Positions 1 to 13,695 of a DNA stretch of 64,000 nt are shown piece by piece. Both the position numbers and the translations under genes were made by a program. The notes beneath the pieces are model-generated. The model had not been told where the DNA came from, did not search any database, and worked only from the letters and a program-made list of their open reading frames with translations. Each line of letters opens with the position of its first letter. The first letter of the stretch is position 1. Source of the DNA: Eledone cirrhosa (Eukaryota); NCBI GenBank assembly GCA_964016885.1, contig OZ024741.1, positions 303,614,001-303,678,000 on the forward strand, in the 5' to 3' direction.

Positions 1-3000
1 ACAATCAACACCAACATCACTGCCAGCAACAACACAACCACAATCAACACCAACATCACTATCAGCAACAATACAGCCTCAATCAACACCAACATCACTA
101 AGAACAACAATAGAACCACAATCAACACCAACATCCCTATCAACAACAACACAACCACAATCAACACCAACATCACTGCCACCAACAATACAACCACAAT
201 CAACACCAACATCACTACAACCACCAACACAATCACAATCAAAACCAACATCACTACCAACAACAACACAACCACAATCAACACCAACATCACTACCAAC
301 AACAACACAACCACAATCAACACCAACATCACTACCAACAACAATACAACCACAATCAACACCAACACCATAACAACCACCAACACAACCACAATCAGCA
401 CCAACATCACTACCAACAACAATACAACCACAATCAACACCAACATCACTACCAACAACAATACAACCACAATCAACACCAACATCACTACAAACACCAA
501 CACAGCCACAATCCACATCAACATCACTACCAACAACACACCCACAATCAACACCAACATAACTACCAACAGCAACACAACCACAATCAACACCAACTTC
601 ACTACCAACAACAATACAACCACAATCAACACCAACACAACCACAATCAACACCAACATAACTACCAACACCACCATAATCAACACCAACATCACTACCA
701 ACAACAATACAACCACAATCAACACCAACATCACTATCAACAACAATACAACCACAATCAGCACCAACATCACTACAAACACCAACACAGCCACAATCCA
801 CATCAACATCACTACCAACAACAACACACCCACAATCAACACCAACATAACAACCTACAGCAACACAACCACAATCAACACCAACTTCACTACCAACAAC
901 AATACAACCACAATCAACACCAACATCACTACAACCACCAACACAACCGCAATCAAAACCAACATCACTACCAACAACAACACAACCACAATCAACACCA
1001 ACATCACTACCAACAACAATACAACCACAATCAACACCAACATCACTACCAGTAACAACACAACCACAATCAACACCAACATCACTGCCAGCAACAACAC
1101 AACCACAATCAACACCACCATCACTATCAGCAACAATACAGCCTCAATCAACACCAACATCACTAAGAACAACAATAGAACCACAATCAACACCAACATC
1201 ACTACAACCACCAACACAACCGCAATCAAAACCAACATCACTACCAACAACAACACAACCACAATCAACACCAACATCACTGCCAGCAACAACACAACCA
1301 CAATCAACACCAACATCACTATCAGCAACAATACAACCAGAATCAACACCAACATCCCTATCAACAACAACACAACCACAATCAACACCAACATCACTGC
1401 CACCAACAATACAACCACAATCAACACCAACATCACTACCAACAACAACACAACCACAATCAACACCAACATCACTACTAACAACAACACAACCACAATC
1501 AACACCAACATCACTACCAACAAAAATACAACCACAATCAACACCAACATCACTACAAACAACAACACAACCACAATCAACACCAACGTTACTATCAAAT
1601 ACAACACAACCACAATCAACACCAACATCACTACCAACAAAAATACAACCACAAACAACACCAACATCACTACCAACAATAACACAACCACAATCAACAC
1701 CAGCATCACTACAACCACCAACACAACCACAATCAACACCAACATAACTACCAACACAACCATAATCAACACCAACATCACTACCAACAACAATACAACC
1801 ACAATCAACACCAACATCACTATCAACAACAATACAACCACAATCAGCACCAACATCACTACAACCACCAACACAGCCACAATCCACACCAACATCACTA
1901 CCAACAACAACACACCCACAATCAACACCAACATAACTACCAACAGCAACACAACCACAATCAACACCAACATCACTACTAACAACAATACAACCACAAT
2001 CAACACCAACATCACTACAACCACCAACACAACCGCAATCAACACCAACATCACTACCAACAACAACACAACCACAATAAACACCAACATCACTACCAAC
2101 AACAATACAACCACAATCAACACCAACATCACTATCAACAACAATACAACCACAATCAGCACCAACATCACTACAACCACCAACACAGCCACAATCCACA
2201 CCAACATCACTACCAACAACAACACAACCACAATCAACACCAACATCACTACCAACAACAACACAACCACAATCAACACCAACATCACTACCAACAACAA
2301 CACAACCACAATCAACACCAACATCACTACAACCACCAACACAATCAGCACCAACATCACTACCAACAACAATACAACCACAATCAACACCAACATCACT
2401 ACCAACAACAATACAACCACAATCAACACCAACATCACTACAACCACAAACACAACCACAATCAACACCAACATAACTACCAACAACAACACAACCACAA
2501 TCAACACCAACATCACTACCAAAAACAATACAACCACAATCAACACCAACATCACTACAACCACCAACACAACCATAATCAACACCAACATCACTACCAA
2601 CAACAATACAACCACAATCAACACCAACATAACTACTAGCATCAATACAACCACAATCAACACCAACATAACTACTAGCATCAATACAACCACTATCAAC
2701 AGCAACATCACTAGCAACAACAACTCAACCACAATGAACACCAACATCACTACAACCACCAACCCAACCACAAACCATACCAACATCACTACCAACAACA
2801 ATACAACCACAATCATCACCAACATCACTATCAACAACAATACAACCACAATCAGCACCAACATCACTACAACCACCAACACAGCCACAATCAACACCAA
2901 CATCACTACCAACAACAATACAACCACAATCAACACCAACATCACTACCAACAACAACACAACCACAATCAACACCAACATCACTACCAACAACAACACA

Positions 3001-6000
3001 ACCACAATCAACACCAACATCACTACCAACAACAACACAACCACAATCAACACCAACATCACTACCAACAACAATACAATCACAATCAACACCAACATGA
3101 CTACCAACAACAACACAACCACAATCAACACCAACATCACTACCAACAACAATACAACCACAATCAACACCAACATCACTACCAACAACAACACAACCAC
3201 AATCAACACCAACATAACTACTAGCATCAATACAACCACTATCAACACCAACATCACTAGCAACAACAACTCAACCACAATGAACACCAACATCACTACA
3301 ACCACCAACCCAACCACAAACCATACCAACATCACTACCAACAACAATACAACCACAATCATCACCAACATCACTATCAACAACAATACAACCACAATCA
3401 GCACCAACATCACTACAACCACCAACACAGCCACAATCAACACCAACATCACTACCAACAACAATACAACCACAATCAACACCAACATCACTATCAGCAA
3501 CAATACGGCCACAATCAACACCAACATCACTACCAACAACAATACAACCACAATCAACACCAACATAACTACCAACAACAACACAACCACGATCAACACC
3601 AGCATCACTGCCACCAACAATACAACCACAATCAACACCAACATCACTACCAATAACAAGACAACCACAATCAACACCAACATCACTGCCAGAAACAACA
3701 CAACCACAATCAACACCAACATCACTACCAGCAACAATACAACCACAATCAACACCAACATCACTACCAAAAACAACACAACCACAATCAACACCAACAT
3801 CACTACCAACAACAACACAACCACAATCAACACCAACATTACTACCAAATACAACACAACCACAATCAACACCAACATCACTACCAACAAAAATACAGCC
3901 ACGAACAACACCAACATCACTAACAACAACAACACAACCACAATGAACACAAACATCTCTAGCAACAACAACACAACCACAATCAACACCAGCATCACTA
4001 CAACCACCAACACAACCACAATCAACACCAACATCACTACCAACAACAACACAACCACAATCAACACCAACATCACTACAACCACCAACACAACCACAAT
4101 CAACACCAACATCACTACCAAAAACAACACAACCACAATCAACACCAACATCACTACCAACAACAACACAACCACAATCAACACCAACATCACTACCAAC
4201 AACAATACAGCCACAATCAACATCAACATCACTACCAACAACAATACAACCACAATCAACACCAACATCACTACCAACAACAATACAACCACAATCAACA
4301 CCAACATCACTACCAGTAACAACACAACCACAATCAACACCAACATCACTGCCAGCAACAACACAACCACAATCAACACCACCATCACTATCAGCAACAA
4401 TACAGCCTCAATCAACACCAACATCACTAAGAACAACAATAGAAACACAATCAACACCAACATCACTACAACCACCAACACAACCGCAATCAAAACCAAC
4501 ATCACTACCAACAACAACACAACCACAATCAACACCAACATCACTGCCAGCAACAACACAACCACAATCAACACCAACATCACTATCAGCAACAATACAA
4601 CCAGAATCAACACCAACATCCCTATCAACAACAACACAACCACAATCAACACCAACATCACTGCCACCAACAATACAACCACAATCAACACCAACATCAC
4701 TACCAACAACAACACAACCACAATCAACACCAACATCACTACCAACAACAACACAACCACAATCAACACCAACATCACTACCAACAACAATACAACCACA
4801 ATCAACACCAACATCACTACAAACAACAACAAAATCACAATCAACACCAACGTTACTATCAAATACAACACAACCACAATCAACACCAACATCACTACCA
4901 ACAAAAATACAACCACAAACAACACCAACATCACTACCAACAATAACACAACCACAATCAACACCAGCATCACTACAACCACCAACACAACCACAATCAA
5001 CACCAACATAACTACCAACACAACCATAATCAACACCAACATCACTACCAACAACAATACAACCACAATCAACACCAACATCACTATCAACAACAATACA
5101 ACCACAATCAGCACCAACATCACTACAACCACCAACACAGCCACAATCCACACCAACATCACTACCAACAACAACACACCCACAATCAACACCAACATAA
5201 CTACCAACAGCAACACAACCACAATCAACACCAACATCACTACTAACAACAATACAACCACAATCAACACCAACATCACTACAACCACCAACACAACCGC
5301 AATCAACACCAACATCACTACCAACAACAACACAACCATAATAAACACCAACATCACTACCAACAACAATACAACCACAATCAACACCAACATCACTATC
5401 AACAACAATACAACCACAATCAGCACCAACATCACTACAACCACCAACACAGCCACAATCCACACCAACATCACTACCAACAACAACACAACCACAATCA
5501 ACACCAACATCACGACCAACAACAACACAACCACAATCAACACCAACATCACTACCAACAACAACACAACCACAATCAACACCAACATCACTACCAACAA
5601 CAACACAACCACAATCAACACCAACATCACTACAACCACCAACACAACCACAATCAGCACCAACATCACTACCAACAACAATACAACCACAATCAACACC
5701 AACATCACTACCAACAACAATACAACCACAATCAACACCAACATCACTACAACCACCAACACAACCACAATCAACACCAACATAACTACCAACAACAACA
5801 CAACCACAATCAACACCAACATCACTACCAAAAACAATACAACCACAATCAACACCAACATCACTACAACCACCAACACAACCATAATCAACACCAACAT
5901 CACTACCAACAACAATACAACCACAATCAACACCAACATCACTATCAACAACAATACAACCACAATCAGCACCAACATCACTACAACCACCAACACAGCC

Positions 6001-9000
6001 ACAATCCACACCAACATCACTACCAACAACAACACAACCACAATCAACACCAACATAACTACTAGCATCAATACAACCACAATCAACACCAACATAACTA
6101 CTAGCATCAATACAACCACTATCAACAGCAACATCACTAGCAACAACAACTCAACCACAATGAACACCAACATCACTACAACCACCAACCCAACCACAAA
6201 CCATACCAACATCACTACCAACAACAATACAACCACAATCATCACCAACATCACTATCAACAACAATACAACCACAATCAGCACCAACATCACTACAACC
6301 ACCAACACAGCCACAATCAACACCAACATCACTACCAACAACAATACAACCACAATCAACACCAACATCACTACCAACAACAACACAACCACAATCAACA
6401 CCAACATCACTACCAACAACAATACAACCACAATCAACACCAACATCACTACCAACAACAACACAACCACAATCAACACCAACATCACTACCAACAACAA
6501 TACAATCACAATCAACACCAACATGACTACCAACAACAACACAACCACAATCAACACCAACATCACTACCAACAACAATACAACCACAATCAACACCAAC
6601 ATAACTACTAGCATCAATACAACCACTATCAACACCAACATCACTAGCAACAACAACTCAACCACAATGAACACCAACATCACTACAACCACCAACCCAA
6701 CCACAAACATACCAACATCACTACCAACAACAATACAACCACAATCATCACCAACATCACTATTAACAACAATACAACCACAATCAGCACCAACATCACT
6801 ACAACCACCAACACAGCCACAATCAACACCAACATCACTACCAACAACAATACAACCACAATCAACACCAACATCACTATCAGCAACAATACAGCCACAA
6901 TCAACACCAACATCACTACCAACAACAATACAACCACAATCAACACCAACATATCTACCAACAACAACACAACCACGATCAACACCAGCATCACTGCCAC
7001 CAACAATACAACCACAATCAACACCAACATCACTACCAATAACAACACAACCACAATCAACACCAACATCACTGCCAGAAACAACACAACCACAATCAAC
7101 ACCAACATCACTACCAGCAACAATACAACCACAATCAACACCAACATCACTACCAACAACAATACAACCACAATCAACACCAACATCACTACCAACAACA
7201 CACACAACCACAATCAACACCAACATCACTACCAACAACAACACAACCACAAGCAACACCAACATCACTACCAACAACAAAACAACCACAATCAACACCA
7301 ACATCACTACCAACAACAACACAACCACAATCAACACCAACATTACTACCAAATACAACACAACCACAATCAACACCAACATCACTACCAACAAAAATAC
7401 AACCACAAACAACACCAACATCACTAACAACAACAACACAACCACAATGAACACAAACATCTCTAGCAACAACAACACAACCACAATCAACACCAGCATC
7501 ACTACAACCACCAACACAACCACAATCAACACCAACATCACTACCAACAACAACACAACCACAATCAACACCAACATCACTACAACCACCAACACAACCA
7601 CAATCAACACCAACATCACTACCAAAAACAACACAACCACAATCAACACCAACATCACTACCAACAACAACACAACCACAATCAACACCAACATCACTAC
7701 CAACAACAATACAACCACAATCAACACCAACATTACTACAACCACCACCACAACCACAATCAACACAAACATAACTACCAACACAACCATAATCAACACC
7801 AACATCACTACAACCACTAACACAACCACAATCAACACCAACATCACTACCAACAACAACACAACCACAATCAACACCAAAATAACTACCAACAACAACA
7901 CAACCACAATTAACACCAACATCACTACCAACAACAACACAACCACAATCAACACCAACATCACTACCAACAACAACACAACCACAATCAACATCAACAT
8001 CACTACCAACAACAATACAACCACAATCAACACCAACATCACTACCAACAACAACACAACCACAATCAACACCAACATCACTACCAACAACAATACAACC
8101 ACAATCAACACCAACATCACTACAAACAACAACACAATCACAATCAACACCAACGTTACTATCAAATACAACACAACCACAATCAACACCAACATCACTA
8201 CCAACAAAAATACAACCACAAACAACACCAACATCACTACCAACAATAACACAACCACAATCAACACCAGCATCACTACAACCACCAACACAACCACAAT
8301 CAACACCAACATAACTACCAACACAACCATAATCAACACCAACATCACTACCAACAACAATACAACCACAATCAACACCAACATCACTATCAACAACAAT
8401 ACAACCACAATCAGCACCAACATCACTACAACCACCAACACAGCCACAATCCACACCAACATCACTACCAACAACAACACACCCACAATCAACACCAACA
8501 TAACTACCAACAGCAACACAACCACAATCAACACCAACATCACTACTAACAACAATACAACCACAATCAACACCAACATCACTACAACCACCAACACAAC
8601 CGCAATCAACACCAACATCACTACCAACAACAACACAACCATAATAAACACCAACATCACTACCAACAACAATACAACCACAATCAACACCAACATCACT
8701 CTCAACAACAATACAACCACAATCAGCACCAACATCACTACAACCACCAACACAGCCACAATCCACACCAACATCACTACCAACAACAACACAACCACAA
8801 TCAACACCAACATCACTACCAACAACAACACAACCACAATCAACACCAACATCACTACCAACAACAACACAACCACAATCAACACCAACATCACTACAAC
8901 CACCAACACAACCACAATCAGCACCAACATCACTACCAACAACAATACAACCACAATCAACACCAACATCACTACCAACAACAACACAACCACAATCAAC

Positions 9001-12000
9001 ACCAACATCACTACCAACAACAACACAACCACAATCAACACCAACATCACTACAACCACCAACACAACCACAATCAGCACCAACATCACTACCAACAACA
9101 ATACAACCACAATCAACACCAACATCACTACCAACAACAACACAACCACAATCAACACCAACATCACTACCAACAACAATACAACCACAATCAACACCAA
9201 CATCACTACAAACAACAACACAATCACAATCAACATCAACGTTACTATCAAATACAACACAACCACAATCAACACCAACATCACTACCAACAAAAATACA
9301 ACCACAAACAACACCAACATCACTACCAACAATAACACAACCACAATCAACACCAGCATCACTACAACCACCAACACAACCACAATCAACACCAACATAA
9401 CTACCAACACAACCATAATCAACACCAACATCACTACCAACAACAATACAACCACAATCAACACCAACATCACTATCAACAACAATACAACCACAATCAG
9501 CACCAACATCACTACAACCACCAACACAGCCACAATCCACACCAACATCACTACCAACAACAACACACCCACAATCAACACCAACATAACTACCAACAGC
9601 AACACAACCACAATCAACACCAACATCACTACTAACAACAATACAACCACAATCAACACCAACATCACTACAACCACCAACACAACCGCAATCAACACCA
9701 ACATCACTACCAACAACAACACAACCATAATAAACACCAACATCACTACCAACAACAATACAACCACAATCAACACCAACATCACTATCAACAACAATAC
9801 AACCACAATCAGCACCAACATCACTACAACCACCAACACAGCCACAATCCACACCAACATCACTACCAACAACAACACAACCACAATCAACACCAACATC
9901 ACTACCAACAACAACACAACCACAATCAACACCAACATCACTACCAACAACAACACAACCACAATCAACACCAACATCACTACAACCACCAACACAACCA
10001 CAATCAGCACCAACATCACTACCAACAACAATACAACCACAATCAACACCAACATCACTACCAACAACAATACAACCACAATCAACACCAACATCACTAC
10101 AACCACCAACACAACCACAATCAACACCAACATAACTACCAACAACAACACAACCACAATCAACACCAACATCACTACCAAAAACAATACAACCACAATC
10201 AACACCAACATCACTACAACCACCAACACAACCATAATCAACACCAACATCACTACCAACAACAATACAACCACAATCAACACCAACATCACTATCAACA
10301 ACAATACAACCACAATCAGCACCAACATCACTACAACCACCAACACAGCCACAATCCACACCAACATCACTACCAACAACAACACACCCACAATCAACAC
10401 CAACATAACTACCAACAACAATACAACCACAATCAACACCAACATAACTACTAGCATCAATACAACCACAATCAACACCAACATAACTACTAGCATCAAT
10501 ACAACCACTATCAACAGCAACATCACTAGCAACAACAACTCAACCACAATGAACACCAACATCACTACAACCACCAACCCAACCACAAACCATACCAACA
10601 TCACTACCAACAACAATACAACCACAATCATCAACAACATCACTATCAACAACAATACAACCACAATCAGCACCAACATCACTACAACCACCAACACAGC
10701 CACAATCAACACCAACATCACTACCAACAACAATACAACCACAATCAACACCAACATCACTACCAACAACAACACAACCACAATCAACACCAACATCACT
10801 ACCAACAACAATACAACCACAATCAACACCAACATCACTACCAACAACAACACAACCACAATCAACACCAACATCACTACCAACAACAATACAATCACAA
10901 TCAACACCAACATGACTACCAACAACAACACAACCACAATCAACACCAACATCACTACCAACAACAATACAACCACAATCAACACCAACATCACTACCAA
11001 CAACAACACAACCACAATCAACACCAACATAACTACTAGCATCAATACAACCACTATCAACACCAACATCACTAGCAACAACAACTCAACCACAATGAAC
11101 ACCAACATCACTACAACCACCAACCCAACCACAAACCATACCAACATCACTACCAACAACAATACAACCACAATCATCACCAACATCACTATCAACAACA
11201 ATACAACCACAATCAGCACCAACATCACTACAACCACCAACACAGCCTCAATCAACACCAACATCACTACCAACAACAATACAACCACAATCAACACCAA
11301 CATCACTATCAGCAACAATACAGCCACAATCAACACCAACATCACTACCAACAACAATACAACCACAATCAACACCAACATAACTACCAACAACAACACA
11401 ACCACGATCAACACCAGCATCACTGCCACCAACAATACAACCACAATCAACACCAACATCACTACCAATAACAACACAACCACAATCAACACCAACATCA
11501 CTGCCAGAAACAACACAACCACAATCAACACCAACATCACTACCAGCAACAATACAACCACAATCAACACCAACATCACTACCAACAACAATACAACCAC
11601 AATCAACACCAACATCACTACCAACAACAACACAACCACAATCAACACCAACATCACTACCAACAACAACACAACCACAAGCAACACCAACATCACTACC
11701 AACAACAAAACAACCACAATCAACACCAACATCACTACCAACAACAACACAACCACAATCAACACCAACATTACTACCAAATACAACACAACCACAATCA
11801 ACACCAACATCACTACCAACAAAAATACAACCACAAACAACACCAACATCACTAACAACAACAACACAACCACAATGAACACAAACATCTCTAGCAACAA
11901 CAACACAACCACAATCAACACCAGCATCACTACAACCACCAACACAACCACAATCAACACCAACATCACTACCAACAACAACACAACCACAATCAACACC

Positions 12001-13695
12001 AACATCACTACAACCACCAACACAACCACAATCAACACCAACATCACTACCAAAAACAACACAACCACAATCAACACCAACATCACTACCAACAACAACA
12101 CAACCACAATCAACACCAACATCACTACCAACAACAATACAACCACAATCAACACCAACATTACTACAACCACCACCACAACCACAATCAACACAAACAT
12201 AACTACCAACACAACCATAATCAACACCAACATCACTACAACCACTAACACAACCACAATCAACACCAACATCACTACCAACAACAACACAACCACAATC
12301 AACACCAAAATAACTACCAACAACAACACAACCACAATTAACACCAACATCACTACCAACAACAACACAACCACAATCAACACCAACATCACTACCAACA
12401 ACAACACAACCACAATCAACATCAACATCACTACCAACAACAATACAACCACAATCAACACCAACATCACTACCAACAACAATACAACCACAATCAACAC
12501 CAACATCACTACCAACAGCAACACAACCACAATCAACACCAACATCACTACCAACAACAATACAACCACAATCAACACCAACATCACTACCAACAACCAC
12601 ACAACCACAATCAACACCAACATCACTACCAACAACAATACAACCACAATCAACACCTACATCACTACCAACAACAATACAACCACAATCAACACCAACA
12701 TCACTACCAGCAACAATACAACCACAATCAGCACCAACATCACTACAACCACCAACACAGCCACAATCCACACCAACATCACTACCAACAACAACACACC
12801 CACAATCAACACCAACATAACTACCAACAACAATACAACCACAATCAACACCAACATAACTACTAGCATCAATACAACCACAATCAACACCAACATCACT
12901 ACCAACAACAATACAACCACAATCAACACCAACATAACTACCAACAACAACACAACCACAATCAACACCAACATCACTACCAACAACAATACAACCACAA
13001 TCAACACCAACATAACTACTAGCATCAATACAACCACGATCAACACCAACATCACTACCAACAACAATACAACCACAATCAACACCAACATCACTACAAC
13101 CACCAACACAACCACAATCAACACCAACATCACTACCAAAAACAACACAACCACAATCAACACCAATATCACTACCAACAACAACACAACCACAATCAAC
13201 ACCAACATCACTACCAAAAACAATACAAACACAATCAACACCAACATCACTACAACCACCAACACAGCCACGATCAACACCAACATCACTAACAACAACA
13301 ATACAACCTCAATCAACACCAACATCACTACCAACAACAACACAACCACAATCAACACCAACATCACTACCAACAACAATACAACCACAATCAACACCAA
13401 CATCACTACCAACAACAACACAACCACAATCAACACCAACATCACTACCAACAACAATACAACCACAATCAACACCAACATGACTACCAACAACAACACA
13501 ACCACATTCAACACCAACATCACTACCAACAACAATGCAACCACAGTCAACACCAACGTCGCTATCAAAAAACAATACAACCACAATCAACACCAACATC
13601 ACTACCAGCAACAACAACACAACCACAATCAGCACCAACATCACTACAACCACCAACACAGCCACAATCAACACCAACATAACTACCAACAATAA
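1..13695 (+). CDS. Doubtful open frame encoding a Thr/Asn/Ile 13-aa repeat (TTTINTNITTNNN); 5'-partial; probably non-coding
   Basis: The frame appears open from position 1 and the ORF track gives 2734..13695. Indels before ~13570 are in-frame or compensated. However, the consensus codons (ACA, ACC, ATC, AAC, ACT) cannot become stops by one substitution, and there is no signal peptide or non-repetitive domain. Confidence 0.12.
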   Translation, partial: TINTNITASNNTTTINTNITISNNTASINTNITKNNNRTTINTNIPINNNTTTINTNITATNNTTTINTNITTTTNTITIKTNITTNNNTTTINTNITTNNNTTTINTNITTNNNTTTINTNTITTTNTTTISTNITTNNNTTTINTNITTNNNTTTINTNITTNTNTATIHINITTNNTPTINTNITTNSNTTTINTNFTTNNNTTTINTNTTTINTNITTNTTIINTNITTNNNTTTINTNITINNNTTTISTNITTNTNTATIHINITTNNNTPTINTNITTYSNTTTINTNFTTNNNTTTINTNITTTTNTTAIKTNITTNNNTTTINTNITTNNNTTTINTNITTSNNTTTINTNITASNNTTTINTTITISNNTASINTNITKNNNRTTINTNITTTTNTTAIKTNITTNNNTTTINTNITASNNTTTINTNITISNNTTRINTNIPINNNTTTINTNITATNNTTTINTNITTNNNTTTINTNITTNNNTTTINTNITTNKNTTTINTNITTNNNTTTINTNVTIKYNTTTINTNITTNKNTTTNNTNITTNNNTTTINTSITTTTNTTTINTNITTNTTIINTNITTNNNTTTINTNITINNNTTTISTNITTTTNTATIHTNITTNNNTPTINTNITTNSNTTTINTNITTNNNTTTINTNITTTTNTTAINTNITTNNNTTTINTNITTNNNTTTINTNITINNNTTTISTNITTTTNTATIHTNITTNNNTTTINTNITTNNNTTTINTNITTNNNTTTINTNITTTTNTISTNITTNNNTTTINTNITTNNNTTTINTNITTTTNTTTINTNITTNNNTTTINTNITTKNNTTTINTNITTTTNTTIINTNITTNNNTTTINTNITTSINTTTINTNITTSINTTTINSNITSNNNSTTMNTNITTTTNPTTNHTNITTNNNTTTIITNITINNNTTTISTNITTTTNTATINTNITTNNNTTTINTNITTNNNTTTINTNITTNNNTTTINTNITTNNNTTTINTNITTNNNTITINTNMTTNNNTTTINTNITTNNNTTTINTNITTNNNTTTINTNITTSINTTTINTNITSNNNSTTMNTNITTTTNPTTNHTNITTNNNTTTIITNITINNNTTTISTNITTTTNTATINTNITTNNNTTTINTNITISNNTATINTNITTNNNTTTINTNITTNNNTTTINTSITATNNTTTINTNITTNNKTTTINTNITARNNTTTINTNITTSNNTTTINTNITTKNNTTTINTNITTNNNTTTINTNITTKYNTTTINTNITTNKNTATNNTNITNNNNTTTMNTNISSNNNTTTINTSITTTTNTTTINTNITTNNNTTTINTNITTTTNTTTINTNITTKNNTTTINTNITTNNNTTTINTNITTNNNTATININITTNNNTTTINTNITTNNNTTTINTNITTSNNTTTINTNITASNNTTTINTTITISNNTASINTNITKNNNRNTINTNITTTTNTTAIKTNITTNNNTTTINTNITASNNTTTINTNITISNNTTRINTNIPINNNTTTINTNITATNNTTTINTNITTNNNTTTINTNITTNNNTTTINTNITTNNNTTTINTNITTNNNKITINTNVTIKYNTTTINTNITTNKNTTTNNTNITTNNNTTTINTSITTTTNTTTINTNITTNTTIINTNITTNNNTTTINTNITINNNTTTISTNITTTTNTATIHTNITTNNNTPTINTNITTNSNTTTINTNITTNNNTTTINTNITTTTNTTAINTNITTNNNTTIINTNITTNNNTTTINTNITINNNTTTISTNITTTTNTATIHTNITTNNNTTTINTNITTNNNTTTINTNITTNNNTTTINTNITTNNNTTTINTNITTTTNTTTISTNITTNNNTTTINTNITTNNNTTTINTNITTTTNTTTINTNITTNNNTTTINTNITTKNNTTTINTNITTTTNTTIINTNITTNNNTTTINTNITINNNTTTISTNITTTTNTATIHTNITTNNNTTTINTNITTSINTTTINTNITTSINTTTINSNITSNNNSTTMNTNITTTTNPTTNHTNITTNNNTTTIITNITINNNTTTISTNITTTTNTATINTNITTNNNTTTINTNITTNNNTTTINTNITTNNNTTTINTNITTNNNTTTINTNITTNNNTITINTNMTTNNNTTTINTNITTNNNTTTINTNITTSINTTTINTNITSNNNSTTMNTNITTTTNPTTNIPTSLPTTIQPQSSPTSLLTTIQPQSAPTSLQPPTQPQSTPTSLPTTIQPQSTPTSLSATIQPQSTPTSLPTTIQPQSTPTYLPTTTQPRSTPASLPPTIQPQSTPTSLPITTQPQSTPTSLPETTQPQSTPTSLPATIQPQSTPTSLPTTIQPQSTPTSLPTTHTTTINTNITTNNNTTTSNTNITTNNKTTTINTNITTNNNTTTINTNITTKYNTTTINTNITTNKNTTTNNTNITNNNNTTTMNTNISSNNNTTTINTSITTTTNTTTINTNITTNNNTTTINTNITTTTNTTTINTNITTKNNTTTINTNITTNNNTTTINTNITTNNNTTTINTNITTTTTTTTINTNITTNTTIINTNITTTTNTTTINTNITTNNNTTTINTKITTNNNTTTINTNITTNNNTTTINTNITTNNNTTTININITTNNNTTTINTNITTNNNTTTINTNITTNNNTTTINTNITTNNNTITINTNVTIKYNTTTINTNITTNKNTTTNNTNITTNNNTTTINTSITTTTNTTTINTNITTNTTIINTNITTNNNTTTINTNITINNNTTTISTNITTTTNTATIHTNITTNNNTPTINTNITTNSNTTTINTNITTNNNTTTINTNITTTTNTTAINTNITTNNNTTIINTNITTNNNTTTINTNITLNNNTTTISTNITTTTNTATIHTNITTNNNTTTINTNITTNNNTTTINTNITTNNNTTTINTNITTTTNTTTISTNITTNNNTTTINTNITTNNNTTTINTNITTNNNTTTINTNITTTTNTTTISTNITTNNNTTTINTNITTNNNTTTINTNITTNNNTTTINTNITTNNNTITININVTIKYNTTTINTNITTNKNTTTNNTNITTNNNTTTINTSITTTTNTTTINTNITTNTTIINTNITTNNNTTTINTNITINNNTTTISTNITTTTNTATIHTNITTNNNTPTINTNITTNSNTTTINTNITTNNNTTTINTNITTTTNTTAINTNITTNNNTTIINTNITTNNNTTTINTNITINNNTTTISTNITTTTNTATIHTNITTNNNTTTINTNITTNNNTTTINTNITTNNNTTTINTNITTTTNTTTISTNITTNNNTTTINTNITTNNNTTTINTNITTTTNTTTINTNITTNNNTTTINTNITTKNNTTTINTNITTTTNTTIINTNITTNNNTTTINTNITINNNTTTISTNITTTTNTATIHTNITTNNNTPTINTNITTNNNTTTINTNITTSINTTTINTNITTSINTTTINSNITSNNNSTTMNTNITTTTNPTTNHTNITTNNNTTTIINNITINNNTTTISTNITTTTNTATINTNITTNNNTTTINTNITTNNNTTTINTNITTNNNTTTINTNITTNNNTTTINTNITTNNNTITINTNMTTNNNTTTINTNITTNNNTTTINTNITTNNNTTTINTNITTSINTTTINTNITSNNNSTTMNTNITTTTNPTTNHTNITTNNNTTTIITNITINNNTTTISTNITTTTNTASINTNITTNNNTTTINTNITISNNTATINTNITTNNNTTTINTNITTNNNTTTINTSITATNNTTTINTNITTNNNTTTINTNITARNNTTTINTNITTSNNTTTINTNITTNNNTTTINTNITTNNNTTTINTNITTNNNTTTSNTNITTNNKTTTINTNITTNNNTTTINTNITTKYNTTTINTNITTNKNTTTNNTNITNNNNTTTMNTNISSNNNTTTINTSITTTTNTTTINTNITTNNNTTTINTNITTTTNTTTINTNITTKNNTTTINTNITTNNNTTTINTNITTNNNTTTINTNITTTTTTTTINTNITTNTTIINTNITTTTNTTTINTNITTNNNTTTINTKITTNNNTTTINTNITTNNNTTTINTNITTNNNTTTININITTNNNTTTINTNITTNNNTTTINTNITTNSNTTTINTNITTNNNTTTINTNITTNNHTTTINTNITTNNNTTTINTYITTNNNTTTINTNITTSNNTTTISTNITTTTNTATIHTNITTNNNTPTINTNITTNNNTTTINTNITTSINTTTINTNITTNNNTTTINTNITTNNNTTTINTNITTNNNTTTINTNITTSINTTTINTNITTNNNTTTINTNITTTTNTTTINTNITTKNNTTTINTNITTNNNTTTINTNITTKNNTNTINTNITTTTNTATINTNITNNNNTTSINTNITTNNNTTTINTNITTNNNTTTINTNITTNNNTTTINTNITTNNNTTTINTNMTTNNNTTTFNTNITTNNNATTVNTNVAIKKQYNHNQHQHHYQQQQHNHNQHQHHYNHQHSHNQHQHNYQQ
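1020..12600. repeat. Higher-order repeat of ~3.3-4.4 kb, about three copies, with an internal 1086-bp duplication
   Basis: Diagnostic variants recur: GTTACTATCAAATAC at 1588, 4852, 8155, 9241 (spacings 3264, 3303, 1086); AACCCAACCACAAA pairs at 2761/3307, 6187/6694, 10576/11122; ATCTCTAGC at 3955, 7459, 11887. Confidence 0.85.

Noticed and set aside
855-12656. 3933-aa minus-strand Val/Leu/Ile/Met ORF and the many similar MLVLIVVV ORFs
   Set aside because: Antisense reading of the repeat. An uninterrupted hydrophobic polymer of this length is implausible, and the frame stays open because of composition.
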